DNA of 64,000 bases from Piscinibacter sp. (GTDB lineage Bacteria; Pseudomonadota; Gammaproteobacteria; Burkholderiales; Burkholderiaceae_C), in assembly GCF_050175855.1 (NCBI RefSeq), contig NZ_JBFXIO010000001.1:3471-67470 (forward strand), written 5' to 3'. The notes under the pieces were generated by a model. That model was not told the origin of the DNA, searched no databases, and was given only the letters and a program-made list of their open reading frames with translations. Of the stretch, positions 9,609-18,448 are shown one piece after another; within the stretch, counting starts at the first letter, position 1, and the number at the start of each line of letters is the position of its first letter. Position numbers and translations under genes: made by a program.

Positions 9609-10451
9609 TCAGGCCTGCGGCGCCGCTTCCGCCTCGACATTGCGCAGCCAATGTGTCGGGGCTTTGCCGGTCTTGCGGATGAAGGCCCGGGTGAACGCGC
9701 TGGCACTGCCATAGCCCACGTCCAGGGCCACGTGTTTCAAGGGCCGTCCGGCTCGCAGCAGCCCCTGAGCCAGGGTGACGCGCCACGTCGCCAGGTAGTC
9801 CGCGGGTGTGTCCCCGATGACCTCGCGGAAGTGCACCGCGAACCGGGCCCGAGACATCCCCGCGAGTTGGGCCATGTCCGACAGCTCCCAGGCGCGCATG
9901 GCGTCCTCGTGGACCGCCACCAGGGCCTTGGCCAGACGCGGGTCTGCAAGCCCGGCCAGGGTGCCGCCCTGGGTCAGTCCGCGATCCAGGCAGTGGCGCA
10001 GCAGGCGGATCAGCAGCAGTTCACACAGGCGGTCCAGCGCGGCCTGGCGCCCGCACTGCTCGGTGAAGGCTTCGTCGTACAGCAGGTCCAGCAGGGCCTG
10101 CGCACCGGGAAGATCGCGCAGCGGCACCAGAACCATCGGCGGCAGCGAGTCCGTGATCGGGTTGCGTCCACCGCCACCAAACTGGATCGATGCGCACACC
10201 ACGTCGGCACCGTCCCGGTCGTTGGCGATCAGGCGGTGGGCGTCCGGCCGGGGCAGGAACAGCAGGGTCGGTTCGGTGATGGTCAAGGTGCCTTCGATGC
10301 CGCCGGTCAGCGTCACCGGTCCGCGCTTGATCAGGTGGACGTGGCCACGCTGCGTGTCGCGTTCGAAGTGGTGGATGCCGCAGATCTGGCCGGTATAGAA
10401 GACCCCGGCGCTCAGCGAGAAGCGTTGCAGCAGCAGGGAGAGGCGGTCCAT
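9609..10451 (-). CDS. AraC family regulator with cupin_6 domain (RclR-like)
   Basis: N-terminal MDRLSLLL...GQICG, VVCASIQFGG; C-terminal HTH GMSRARFA...VGYGSASAFTRAF. Confidence 0.88.
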   Translation of the reverse strand: MDRLSLLLQRFSLSAGVFYTGQICGIHHFERDTQRGHVHLIKRGPVTLTGGIEGTLTITEPTLLFLPRPDAHRLIANDRDGADVVCASIQFGGGGRNPITDSLPPMVLVPLRDLPGAQALLDLLYDEAFTEQCGRQAALDRLCELLLIRLLRHCLDRGLTQGGTLAGLADPRLAKALVAVHEDAMRAWELSDMAQLAGMSRARFAVHFREVIGDTPADYLATWRVTLAQGLLRAGRPLKHVALDVGYGSASAFTRAFIRKTGKAPTHWLRNVEAEAAPQA

Positions 10452-10591
10452 GGCGAGTGCGAAACGTTTGGTCAACAGGATGGTACTTGAGGACGCCGAA
10501 CGTTTCATCGGAGGGCCCAAAGTTCACCGCAACGCCGGCAGCAACCCACACCGGCGTGAACCCCCAACCACCTCGATGAAGGACCTTCGTC

Positions 10592-11098
10592 ATGACACCC
10601 TCCACGACCCGACCGCGCCGGCGGTTTCTCGCCAACCTGATCGTTGCCGCCAGTGCGGTCACGCTGTTGAACAGCCCCGCACTGGCCTATGACGAGAACT
10701 CGACCAGTGCCGTGAACGTCGACGCCAGCGGCCTCGCACTCAAGGGCCACGACCCGGTGGCCTACTTCAACGCCGCGAAGCCGACGCCAGGCCTTGCCCA
10801 GTTCAGCGCACAACACCAGGGCGCGACCTATCGGTTCGCGACCGCCGCCAACCGCGATGCCTTCATCGCCAACCCGGGCAAGTACGCGCCGGCCTACGGC
10901 GGCTTCTGCGCGATGGGCGTGGCGCTGGAGAAGAAGCTCGACGTCGATCCGCAGGCCTGGCGGGTGGTGGACGGCAGGCTGTACCTGAACGTCAACAAGG
11001 ACGTGCAGAAGCGCTGGCTCGACGATGTGCCCGGCAACCTGGCCACGGCCGACAAGAACTGGCCGCGCCTGAAGGACCGGGTGCCGAAGACGCTCTGA
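10592..11098 (+). CDS. YHS-domain (seleno)protein family, Tat-type signal
   Basis: RRRFL twin-arginine; ALKGHDPVAYF, KYAPAYGGFCAMGV, DPQAWRVVDGRLYLN. Confidence 0.85.
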   Translation: MTPSTTRPRRRFLANLIVAASAVTLLNSPALAYDENSTSAVNVDASGLALKGHDPVAYFNAAKPTPGLAQFSAQHQGATYRFATAANRDAFIANPGKYAPAYGGFCAMGVALEKKLDVDPQAWRVVDGRLYLNVNKDVQKRWLDDVPGNLATADKNWPRLKDRVPKTL

Positions 11099-11114
11099 GT
11101 GCCTGTCCGGAACC

Positions 11115-11537
11115 TCAGGAGCTTTCCCGCCACCGTTGCCGGACGTTTGCCACGAACCCGTCCCGGTCGGCGCGCATGTTGCGCACGACGGCTGCTGGCG
11201 CATCGGTCTGCTCGTGACGAGCGGACCAGATGACGAGCTCGACCAGGACAGGCGCCAGGTCGATGCCCTTGGAGGACAGGCGATAGATGAAGCGACGCGC
11301 GTCCTGCGGGTCGCGCCGCTTCTCGACGATGTTCGCATCCTCCAGCTTGCGAAGCCGGTCAGCCAGGATGTTGGATGCGATGCCTTCGCCTCCCGTCAGG
11401 AAGTCGTTGAAGGTCCGTCGTTCCTTGAACATCAGGTCGCGCACGACCAGCAGCGACCAGGCGTCGCCAAGAAGTTCGAGCGCAATGCTGATCGGGCAAC
11501 CCGATCGTCGTTGACGAGATGCAGGGGGAGGGGCCAT
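11115..11537 (-). CDS. HxlR family winged-helix regulator
   Basis: RSGCPISIALELLGDAWSLLVVRDL...GIASNILADRL. Confidence 0.88.
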   Translation of the reverse strand: MAPPPASRQRRSGCPISIALELLGDAWSLLVVRDLMFKERRTFNDFLTGGEGIASNILADRLRKLEDANIVEKRRDPQDARRFIYRLSSKGIDLAPVLVELVIWSARHEQTDAPAAVVRNMRADRDGFVANVRQRWRESS

Positions 11538-11647
11538 GGGCGAGCATCGATGATCGCATATCACTTGCCATTTGCAAGTGATTGACTACACTGACGCACC
11601 CTTTGCCAAGCAACCCGCGCCGGCTGCGCCTGCAGGAGGTCAACGTC

Positions 11648-12082
11648 ATGCGCAAGTCCTTCTGGTTGTCGGTCCTGGCCTACCTGGTACCGACCTTCCC
11701 ACTCGGCTACTTCTGGCATCTGGTCACGTTCGCGGATCGATACCATCGGCTCGAGATGTACCGGGACGATGTGATCATCCCGTTGGGCTTGGCCTCGATG
11801 GTGATCCAGGCGCTGGTCTTCGCCTGGGCCTATCCGCGACTGTTTCCCTCCACGCGCATGCCATGGCAGCGCGGGGCCTTCGGTTTCGCGTGCATCTTCG
11901 GCGTCATGGCCTGGTCGTTCGCGGTGCTGCCGGTCGCGGCCAAGTACCGCATGACCTCGGTGCAGGACTTCATGGTGCTGGAGACTGCCTTCACGGTGTT
12001 GCAGTTCGCCGTCGTCTCTCCGCTGATTGCGCTGGCCCACCGGCTCGGCGAGGGCAAGTCGGCGGCGGCCGTGTCGGCCTGA
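11648..12082 (+). CDS. Hypothetical membrane protein
   Basis: Four hydrophobic segments; divergent from the HxlR gene; start 11648 or 11582. Confidence 0.7.
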   Translation: MRKSFWLSVLAYLVPTFPLGYFWHLVTFADRYHRLEMYRDDVIIPLGLASMVIQALVFAWAYPRLFPSTRMPWQRGAFGFACIFGVMAWSFAVLPVAAKYRMTSVQDFMVLETAFTVLQFAVVSPLIALAHRLGEGKSAAAVSA

Positions 12083-12095
12083 TCGGGCGACGCTG

Positions 12096-12422
12096 ATGCC
12101 CTACGACCCTCAGCTGGCAGAACGGATGCGCACAGCGCTGCAGGCACGCGCTGGCGTGGTCGAGAAGAAGATGTTTGGCGGCTACTGCTGGATGCTCCGC
12201 GGCAACATGCTGTGTGGCGTCGAGGTCGGACGCTTCATGTTCCGTGTCGGCAAGGATCAGGAGGCCGAAGCGCTGTCGCGGCCCGGCGCCAGCCCCATGG
12301 ACATCACCGGCAGGCCGATGAAGGGCTTCGTGTGGGTGGATGCCTCCCAGGCCGTGGGCGAAGGGCTCGAATCGTGGATTGACATGGCGGCGCGCTACAT
12401 CGACGGGCTTGAGCCGAAGTAG
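12096..12422 (+). CDS. TfoX/Sxy N-terminal domain protein
   Basis: MPYDPQLAERMR, EKKMFGGYCWM, PMDITGRPMKGFVWV. Confidence 0.85.
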   Translation: MPYDPQLAERMRTALQARAGVVEKKMFGGYCWMLRGNMLCGVEVGRFMFRVGKDQEAEALSRPGASPMDITGRPMKGFVWVDASQAVGEGLESWIDMAARYIDGLEPK

Positions 12423-12821
12423 AGCTTCGGCTGTCACGGGCGGCGGTGCGCACATGACGTTCGCATCGTCGAGCTTGTCGGCGATGAGCCGGAGCGAATC
12501 GAGACACGGAAGGAAGCACAGCATCGGCTCGCCGACGGCGGCCGTGCAGTCGCGGCTGACGTTTGGGCCGTTGTTCCCAACTTCGTGACCATGAGGTGGC
12601 CGCACCCGTCGACCGATTGATCGCAGGGCGGAATGGCTGCAACGGGCCTGACAGTCCACGGCGATACGCCGAACCGAGGATCGCCAACCCCACATGCCTG
12701 CACCGCGAGCCTTCAGGTGCGTGGGCGTCACGCATTGCCCGAACCGACCGACCAATGAAGACGGAAGGGCGCAAACGAACTCAGGCGGCCCGCCGGACCC
12801 ACCACTGACCCAGGAGTCATC

Positions 12822-13241
12822 ATGAACAGGTTCATTGCCACCACGCTGCTGTCGGTAGTTGCCTCGACCGTCCTCGCCAGCCCTGCTTCTGCCTCGGACG
12901 ACACCGGCTACCAGTCCTATCGCCGAGTGGTGCTCGGCGATTCGGCGCTTGCGCCTGCCGGGCAGGCCACGACCGCCAGTCTGGACGCCGGAGGAAATCC
13001 GGGCGCCTATGCCCGCTACCTCATCCACCTGGGGCTGTCCGAACGCGATGCCATGGCACGTGCGGCAGGTGTCGATGGAGCGGAGTCGTCGGCAGTTCGC
13101 CGCACGTCCGAAGCTCTGATTGCGCTCGACTCCCGCGAGCTCTACGAAAGGGCCGTGCTCGGCCACACGATCAGCGAGTTGCTGGCCCGTCGATCCGACG
13201 GCGACCGTCGTGTCGTGCGAGCCGAAGATCGGCGGCAGTAG
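12822..13241 (+). CDS. Hypothetical secreted protein
   Basis: AGGAG RBS, signal peptide ending ASA; internal repeat YRRVVLGD / YERAVLGH. Confidence 0.7.
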   Translation: MNRFIATTLLSVVASTVLASPASASDDTGYQSYRRVVLGDSALAPAGQATTASLDAGGNPGAYARYLIHLGLSERDAMARAAGVDGAESSAVRRTSEALIALDSRELYERAVLGHTISELLARRSDGDRRVVRAEDRRQ

Positions 13242-13317
13242 ATGCTGCGTCGGCGAGCCGCCCGAGGCGAGGCGAAACGCCTCGGGCCGGTGCCGACGGC
13301 GAGTCGGCTCTTGCTGG

Positions 13318-13650
13318 CTATCGAGCCAGCGCTTCGTCCAGAAATGCCGCAAGCGCCTGCTTAGGCAGGCTGCCGGCACGAGCGGCGACGACCTGACCGT
13401 CCATGACGACCATCAGCGTCGGGACACTTCGAATGCCAACTTCGCCAGCGATGACGGAGAACTCGTCGACGTCGACCTTGATGACCTTGAGCTTGCCGGC
13501 GCGCTCATCCGCGAAGTCCTCGAGGACCGGGGCGAACGCCTTGCATGGGCCGCACCAGGTCGCCGAGAAGTCGACCAGGACCGGTGTTCCCTCGGTGCCG
13601 AGCACGGCGCGGGCATGGTCGAGGCTGGTGGGTTCGATGACGTGGGACAT
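13318..13650 (-). CDS. trxA: Thioredoxin
   Basis: VLVDFSATWCGPCK and GIRSVPTL. Confidence 0.92.
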   Translation of the reverse strand: MSHVIEPTSLDHARAVLGTEGTPVLVDFSATWCGPCKAFAPVLEDFADERAGKLKVIKVDVDEFSVIAGEVGIRSVPTLMVVMDGQVVAARAGSLPKQALAAFLDEALAR

Positions 13651-13988
13651 GTCGATACCTTGATGGAATGGTGGGACTCGGTCCAAGTCCAGATAGGGCC
13701 TGGAAGGCCTGCTGCAAGATGCCGAGCGTCACCGAGCGTCTCGGGGTTGTTGCCATTCGTCTCGCGCTGGCGTCCGCAGAGATGGCGCCAACGCCACGAT
13801 GGCTTGTTCGTTGCCTGTGCCCTTGGACGTGGCGCCTTCCAACTGCATGGGCCGGGTGATGCAAGCCCCGGCCGCAAATCGTCGAGTTGGCCCATGCGAG
13901 CCGACCGCGCAAGGCGGTCGACAGTGGGCGTCCAGACCGGGTCAGCCGATGTCAGGTCCGACACCGGAGTCGACGGTTCCGGCACGGC

Positions 13989-14360
13989 CTATTGCGCAGA
14001 CGTGGTGGGTCGCGCGGCCAAGGTCGCGGCCGAGTTCGCCCGAATGCGCTGAGTTTGCAGCGGGTCGGGGCCGGCCTCCCCGTAGGACAGGCGCTCGCCC
14101 CGCGCGATCGCAGCGAGCACTTCGGCCCGCGCGTCGGCGCGCGTGCGCGTCGAGGCGATCTTCTCGAATTCCGGGGCGTAGCTGGCCTCGCCCTGCGAGG
14201 GGCGCCAGCCGCCCGCGAGAGCGGCCTGCAGTTCGGCGCGCACCTCGGCGCGGGTACGCATCGAGACGAAGTTGTCGAACTCCGGAGCGCGCGTGGCTTC
14301 CTGCGCGAACGACGTGAGCGTGGCGAGCGCCAGGGCAGCGGCTGTGATGAACGTCTTCAT
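13989..14360 (-). CDS. DUF4148-like small secreted protein with two repeat units
   Basis: MKTFITAAALALA signal; APEF...RTRAEVRAE and APEF...RTRADARAE. Confidence 0.8.
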   Translation of the reverse strand: MKTFITAAALALATLTSFAQEATRAPEFDNFVSMRTRAEVRAELQAALAGGWRPSQGEASYAPEFEKIASTRTRADARAEVLAAIARGERLSYGEAGPDPLQTQRIRANSAATLAARPTTSAQ

Positions 14361-14539
14361 GGTGGTGTCCTTCGGTTGTGCGTCTGGGCCACCTTGGCCC
14401 GTGCCGGCATTGCGGTCTGCAGTGCTGACAAACTCTTGGACGTACCTCGATCGGAAAACGTGACTGTGAACGCGCGCGCCAGATCGCCCGCGCTCGGGTC
14501 GCGGCGCCAGGGCAATTTGGCGTGCAAGACGTGACGGCC

Positions 14540-14568
14540 TGTCACGGATCGGCGATCTCCTGCGTCGA
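14540..14568 (+). promoter_or_regulatory. ECF-type promoter variant TGTCAC-N17-CGTCGA
   Basis: Same spacing as the TGTAA-N17-CGTC family; 54 bp upstream of the 14623 ORF. Confidence 0.5.
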
Positions 14569-14622
14569 ATACGAGCAGTCGTCTGGGCGGATGGCTGCTC
14601 AACCGTTTTTCAGGAGCCGACG

Positions 14623-15294
14623 ATGAACCCGTCTACGAACGCATGGAGCGGACGACCGCCATTCCGCCAAACCGCAATTGCCGCGGCAGGTCGCGCGGGT
14701 ATCCGCTCGAGAGTGATGCAACTGGGCTTCATCGCGGCGCTGATTGGTGGTGCGCTCGTCTCACAGACCCACGCCGCCACGGCCGCGGCGGGTGCAGACC
14801 TGGTAGGGCAGGTCGCGGGCTATTCGGCGGATGTGGCCAATGAGGAGGGCTACTGGTACTCCCGCTACAGCATGATGACGCTCACGATGCAAAGTGGGCT
14901 GGGGACGACCATTCCCATGGACGCCGCGCTCATGTCCATGATGCAGCAGATGATGACCGCCGTCGGTGCCACGCCGGACGATCCGGTGATGCCGCCCGTC
15001 AACCCGAGGCTGCTCCTGACCATCCACGCTGGCGGCGATCCGCACTATGTGAGCGAGCCAAATCAGGCTGATTTCGCCACGCTGGCATGGGCCGGCGGCC
15101 CTTCGACGCTGACGACCGAGGCCACGGCGATGACGATCGCCAAGGAACTCGAATGGGCGAAGCTCTTTCACCGCAACGAGCACTTCGGTCAGGCGCAGGT
15201 CGACCGGTTCGGTTCGACCCAGCGCTTCGTGGGCATGCTGCTCGCGGCGATGCCCAAGATGCAGCTCCAGGCCTATCTCGCGGCACAGGCCTGA
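14623..15294 (+). CDS. Hypothetical Met-rich exported protein, possibly truncated
   Basis: CAGGAG RBS; hydrophobic signal-like segment; EEGYWYSRYSMM and MSMMQQMM. Confidence 0.65.
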   Translation: MNPSTNAWSGRPPFRQTAIAAAGRAGIRSRVMQLGFIAALIGGALVSQTHAATAAAGADLVGQVAGYSADVANEEGYWYSRYSMMTLTMQSGLGTTIPMDAALMSMMQQMMTAVGATPDDPVMPPVNPRLLLTIHAGGDPHYVSEPNQADFATLAWAGGPSTLTTEATAMTIAKELEWAKLFHRNEHFGQAQVDRFGSTQRFVGMLLAAMPKMQLQAYLAAQA

Positions 15295-15336
15295 ACCGAG
15301 AACGGAAGTACTCGCGGCCGCGGCAGCGGCCGCCTG

Positions 15337-15561
15337 TCAGCGTGGCGGCACTGGCGATGCGGGTTCGTCGAGTTCGAGTCCATTCGACAACATCTCTGCC
15401 GAGGCGGCATGCACGGCCCCGATCTGCTCTGCCACGTTGCTGCAGTTGCGGCACATCGACAGGTGCAGCCTCAGCCTCATCTCGTCGATCAGCCCCAGGG
15501 GCTCGTCGAGTCGTTGCGACAGGAGTTCGGCCACGCGTTTGCACGAGTACATCAGGTTCAT
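15337..15561 (-). CDS. zf-HC2 anti-sigma factor
   Basis: SCKRVAELLS...LRLHLSMCRNC (HxxxCxxC); ATGA-coupled to the sigma gene. Confidence 0.85.
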   Translation of the reverse strand: MNLMYSCKRVAELLSQRLDEPLGLIDEMRLRLHLSMCRNCSNVAEQIGAVHAASAEMLSNGLELDEPASPVPPR

Positions 15562-16199
15562 GTGCTTGCCCTCTTGCCGATCCAGTCGCGCTGCATGCAA
15601 TCGCGCAAGGACATCCTGGCGCGGTGAAGAATTGTCCGGCAGTTCTCGGCGCTGACGCCCAGCCGTTCGCAGATTTCCGCGGTCTCGAAGCCCAGCCACT
15701 CGCGCATCATGAACACGCGGCCCGCCTGTCGCGGCAGGCAGCTCACGCAGCGCTCCAGCACGGTCATCATCTGTCGCTGTTCGGCGCGGTTGTCAGGCTG
15801 CTGCCAGGCCGGAATCGGCTCGACGTACGCTCCGTCGGCGTCGTACAGGGCATCGATGGCCTCGTCGTTGCTTCCGGCGTCGGCGTTGAAGTAGACGACA
15901 CGCTTTCGGCCGGGAGAGCGGTACCAGTCCGCGACCTTGTTCTTCAGGATGGCCGTGGCCCAGGTAAGCAGCGATGAGTCGCCACGGCGTGTCGCGTGTT
16001 GTTCCACGACGACCATCAAGGTGTCCTGCACCAGATCTTCCGCCAGCCCGTCATCGTGCATCGCATAGCGCGCATGTCGGACGAGACGAACTCGCAGGGC
16101 AGGCAGCTGCGTTTCCAGGCCGGCGGCGTCGGCAGCAACCCTTGCCGCGCCCCTTGGGGCCGCTCCCGCGTCCTGCGGCTCAGCGTGAATGTGGGCCAT
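15558..16199 (-). CDS. ECF sigma-70 factor (TIGR02943-like)
   Basis: AEDLVQDTL, TWATAILKNKVADWYR, VFMMREWLGFETAEIC, LHRARMSLR. Confidence 0.9.
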   Translation of the reverse strand: MAHIHAEPQDAGAAPRGAARVAADAAGLETQLPALRVRLVRHARYAMHDDGLAEDLVQDTLMVVVEQHATRRGDSSLLTWATAILKNKVADWYRSPGRKRVVYFNADAGSNDEAIDALYDADGAYVEPIPAWQQPDNRAEQRQMMTVLERCVSCLPRQAGRVFMMREWLGFETAEICERLGVSAENCRTILHRARMSLRDCMQRDWIGKRAST

Positions 16200-16218
16200 C
16201 CTGAGCCTCCTTGGGTTG

Positions 16219-17307
16219 CTAGGGGACGATGGGCGGGCGCACTTCGGCGCAGCCCGCCTCGGTGCAGTGGGTCAAGGGCATCGGCATCTGCGTGCGTCGC
16301 ATCAGCCACAGCACCATCGCGATGCCGCCCAGCATGGCCGCATAGGCACCCATCGCTTGCAGGGCCAGCGTCGGCAGGGCATTGAGCAAGAGCGTGTCGT
16401 TGCCGCCGGGGACCATGGCCGCACCGGCGCCCATCAGCATGCCGCCTCCTGTGTGGCGCACCCACGCGAGAGCTTCCTGGGGACGGCGCCAGGCGATCGA
16501 GCCGCGCTGCATCGCGGACAGCACCATCCCCAGAACCAGGGCAATGACGAGGGAAGAGTGCGTGATTTCGGGTGCACGGCCGCCCCACCCGGCGTGCAGG
16601 ACGCTGGTGCGCAAATGGTTGGTATACGACCACGCCCCTTGTGTCGCGTAGAGGGCGCCGCCGGCCAGCCCCAACAGTGCGGCCGCCACCGTCAGGTGGT
16701 AGCGCGGTGCCAGCAGGCGATCGCGGACCGACGTGGACGGCGAGCTTTGTGCAAGCCGCCACAGCGTCAGCAGCCGCATCATGGCCCACAGCCCCAGCGC
16801 GACAAGCAGCCACGGCGCAAGCGCCGGCCAGCGCGCCCAGACTGTCGGCACCGCCATCAGCTCGCCTGGCATCAAGACCCCGGGGTGGGTCCGCAACACC
16901 GCCTGCGATACGGCCCACAGCGCCACGCCCAACGCAAACCCGACCAGCGTCGCCAGCATGCCGAGTTCGCCATCGGCCAGGCGATGCAGGGTGGACAACG
17001 AACAACCCCCATTGAGCGCTGCGCCGACGCCGAAGAGCCAGCCACCCGCGAGGGCCCAGGCCGCGGGAGTCGGCATCGAAACCGGGGGCAAGCTGCGGCC
17101 GGCCACCAGCGACAGTACCCCGGCGAGCAGGGCCATCCACAAGGCGGCCTGCATCAGGCTGCCGAGCATGTGGGTGGTGCCGCTGGTCATGATCTCGGCT
17201 ACGGCACGTACGTTGCACAGGCTGGCCCGGTGGGCTGCAAAGCCGACCAGCGCCGCGCAGACCAGGGCGAGGGCGAAGTCGAGCATCGGGGCGGCGGACG
17301 GCGTCAT
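16219..17307 (-). CDS. YeeE/YedE (thiosulfate transporter-type) membrane protein
   Basis: GFAAHRASLC, GAALNGGCSLSTL, GAAMVPGGND motifs; many TM segments. Confidence 0.85.
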   Translation of the reverse strand: MTPSAAPMLDFALALVCAALVGFAAHRASLCNVRAVAEIMTSGTTHMLGSLMQAALWMALLAGVLSLVAGRSLPPVSMPTPAAWALAGGWLFGVGAALNGGCSLSTLHRLADGELGMLATLVGFALGVALWAVSQAVLRTHPGVLMPGELMAVPTVWARWPALAPWLLVALGLWAMMRLLTLWRLAQSSPSTSVRDRLLAPRYHLTVAAALLGLAGGALYATQGAWSYTNHLRTSVLHAGWGGRAPEITHSSLVIALVLGMVLSAMQRGSIAWRRPQEALAWVRHTGGGMLMGAGAAMVPGGNDTLLLNALPTLALQAMGAYAAMLGGIAMVLWLMRRTQMPMPLTHCTEAGCAEVRPPIVP

Positions 17308-17329
17308 GGTGAGCTTCGCGGTGACGCCG

Positions 17330-18277
17330 CTACGGAGCGCGCAGCACGTCGGTACGAGGATAGAAGGCCACCCAGGCAAACCAGAAGGACAGGGTGCCGG
17401 TCAGCGCCTTGCCCTGGGCGTCGAAGGCCTCCGCGGTGCGGTTCGCGCGGTCGTAGCGGATGAGCAGTGCCTGCCCACCGAGGGTGTCGGTCATGCGGCC
17501 TGCGGAGTCCACTGTCCGCTCCAGCACGCTGAAGGGGTAGGCCTTGGCCGCGCCGTTGACGCGCAAGCCGAGCACCCATTCCTTGAGCGGAAGGCGTCCG
17601 TCGCGGTGCTGCACATCGAACAACAGTTGCTGCACGCGGTCGTAGCCGGCGTAGGGGTCGCGACCATAGTCGCGCTCGAAGCCGGTGTCGGTGGACAGGA
17701 CCTCGGTGGCCGGGTGCCGTCTTCGCCAGTCGGCCCAGGTCGTGTGCGTCAAGGGCACAGCAGTCAGCGTTGTCCCGACGAGCGGGCCGCTGATCGCCGC
17801 GGACAGGATTTGCGACCACAACGACTGGGTGGTGTGGTCGTACAGCAGCACGTCGCTGTTGTAGAGCAGTCCCGACACACCGAAGCCCGAGACGCCAGTG
17901 CTTGCAGGAGGCTCGAAGGCCATGCCGGTGCCGCACAGAGGGCAGTAGGTCACGACGATGGCACGCGTGCCGAACCGATCGTTCACCACCTCGTGCCAGT
18001 TCAGAATGCGCAGGGGGTATGCGCGAGTGATGCCATCAAGCGTGATGCCCAGCACACGGTCCTCTTCGGCCAGCCTGGCGCGGGTAGCAGAGACGAACTT
18101 TGGTCTGTCGATGGCGGGGATGCCGTCTTTCGGTGGGCCACCGCGCTCGATGGCCTGGATGGGGATCGACGCGCCCGCCAGATCGAACCCATTGAGCACC
18201 GGCCCGGCACTGACCATCTGCATTGCGCTTGCCGATGCGAGGGCAACCAGAAGCGGGGCCAGACGGCGGCGATTCAT
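17330..18277 (-). CDS. DUF3179 domain (seleno)protein family, exported
   Basis: GGPPKDGIPAIDRPKF, RAYPLRILNWHEVVND, TYCPLCGTG, SGLLYNSD, SFWFAW. Confidence 0.88.
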   Translation of the reverse strand: MNRRRLAPLLVALASASAMQMVSAGPVLNGFDLAGASIPIQAIERGGPPKDGIPAIDRPKFVSATRARLAEEDRVLGITLDGITRAYPLRILNWHEVVNDRFGTRAIVVTYCPLCGTGMAFEPPASTGVSGFGVSGLLYNSDVLLYDHTTQSLWSQILSAAISGPLVGTTLTAVPLTHTTWADWRRRHPATEVLSTDTGFERDYGRDPYAGYDRVQQLLFDVQHRDGRLPLKEWVLGLRVNGAAKAYPFSVLERTVDSAGRMTDTLGGQALLIRYDRANRTAEAFDAQGKALTGTLSFWFAWVAFYPRTDVLRAP

Positions 18278-18383
18278 GAGCGTGGCGCTTTGCGGTGAGT
18301 TGGCGACGAGGCCCCGGGCGTGAAACGCTGGGCGCTGCAAGTGCTGCGTTCTGCTCACGACCCGGGCCTACCCCGTCGTCCAT

Positions 18384-18412
18384 TGGACGGGAGAGGGCGG
18401 GCTTTCATTACA
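18384..18412 (-). promoter_or_regulatory. ECF-type promoter TGTAAT-N17-CGTCCA
   Basis: Upstream of the DUF3179-YeeE-ECF operon; shares the 14-bp string gctttcattacagg with the site at 21241. Confidence 0.7.
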
Positions 18413-18448
18413 GGCCACAGCGCCGTCCGACCGCCGTTCGAGGGCGGC

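Noticed and set aside
12423-12821. Short ORFs in the gap after the TfoX gene
   Set aside because: No RBS-supported ORF with recognisable motifs
13687-13988. Possible gene upstream of the thioredoxin
   Set aside because: All frames give low-complexity, GC-driven translations with no family signature
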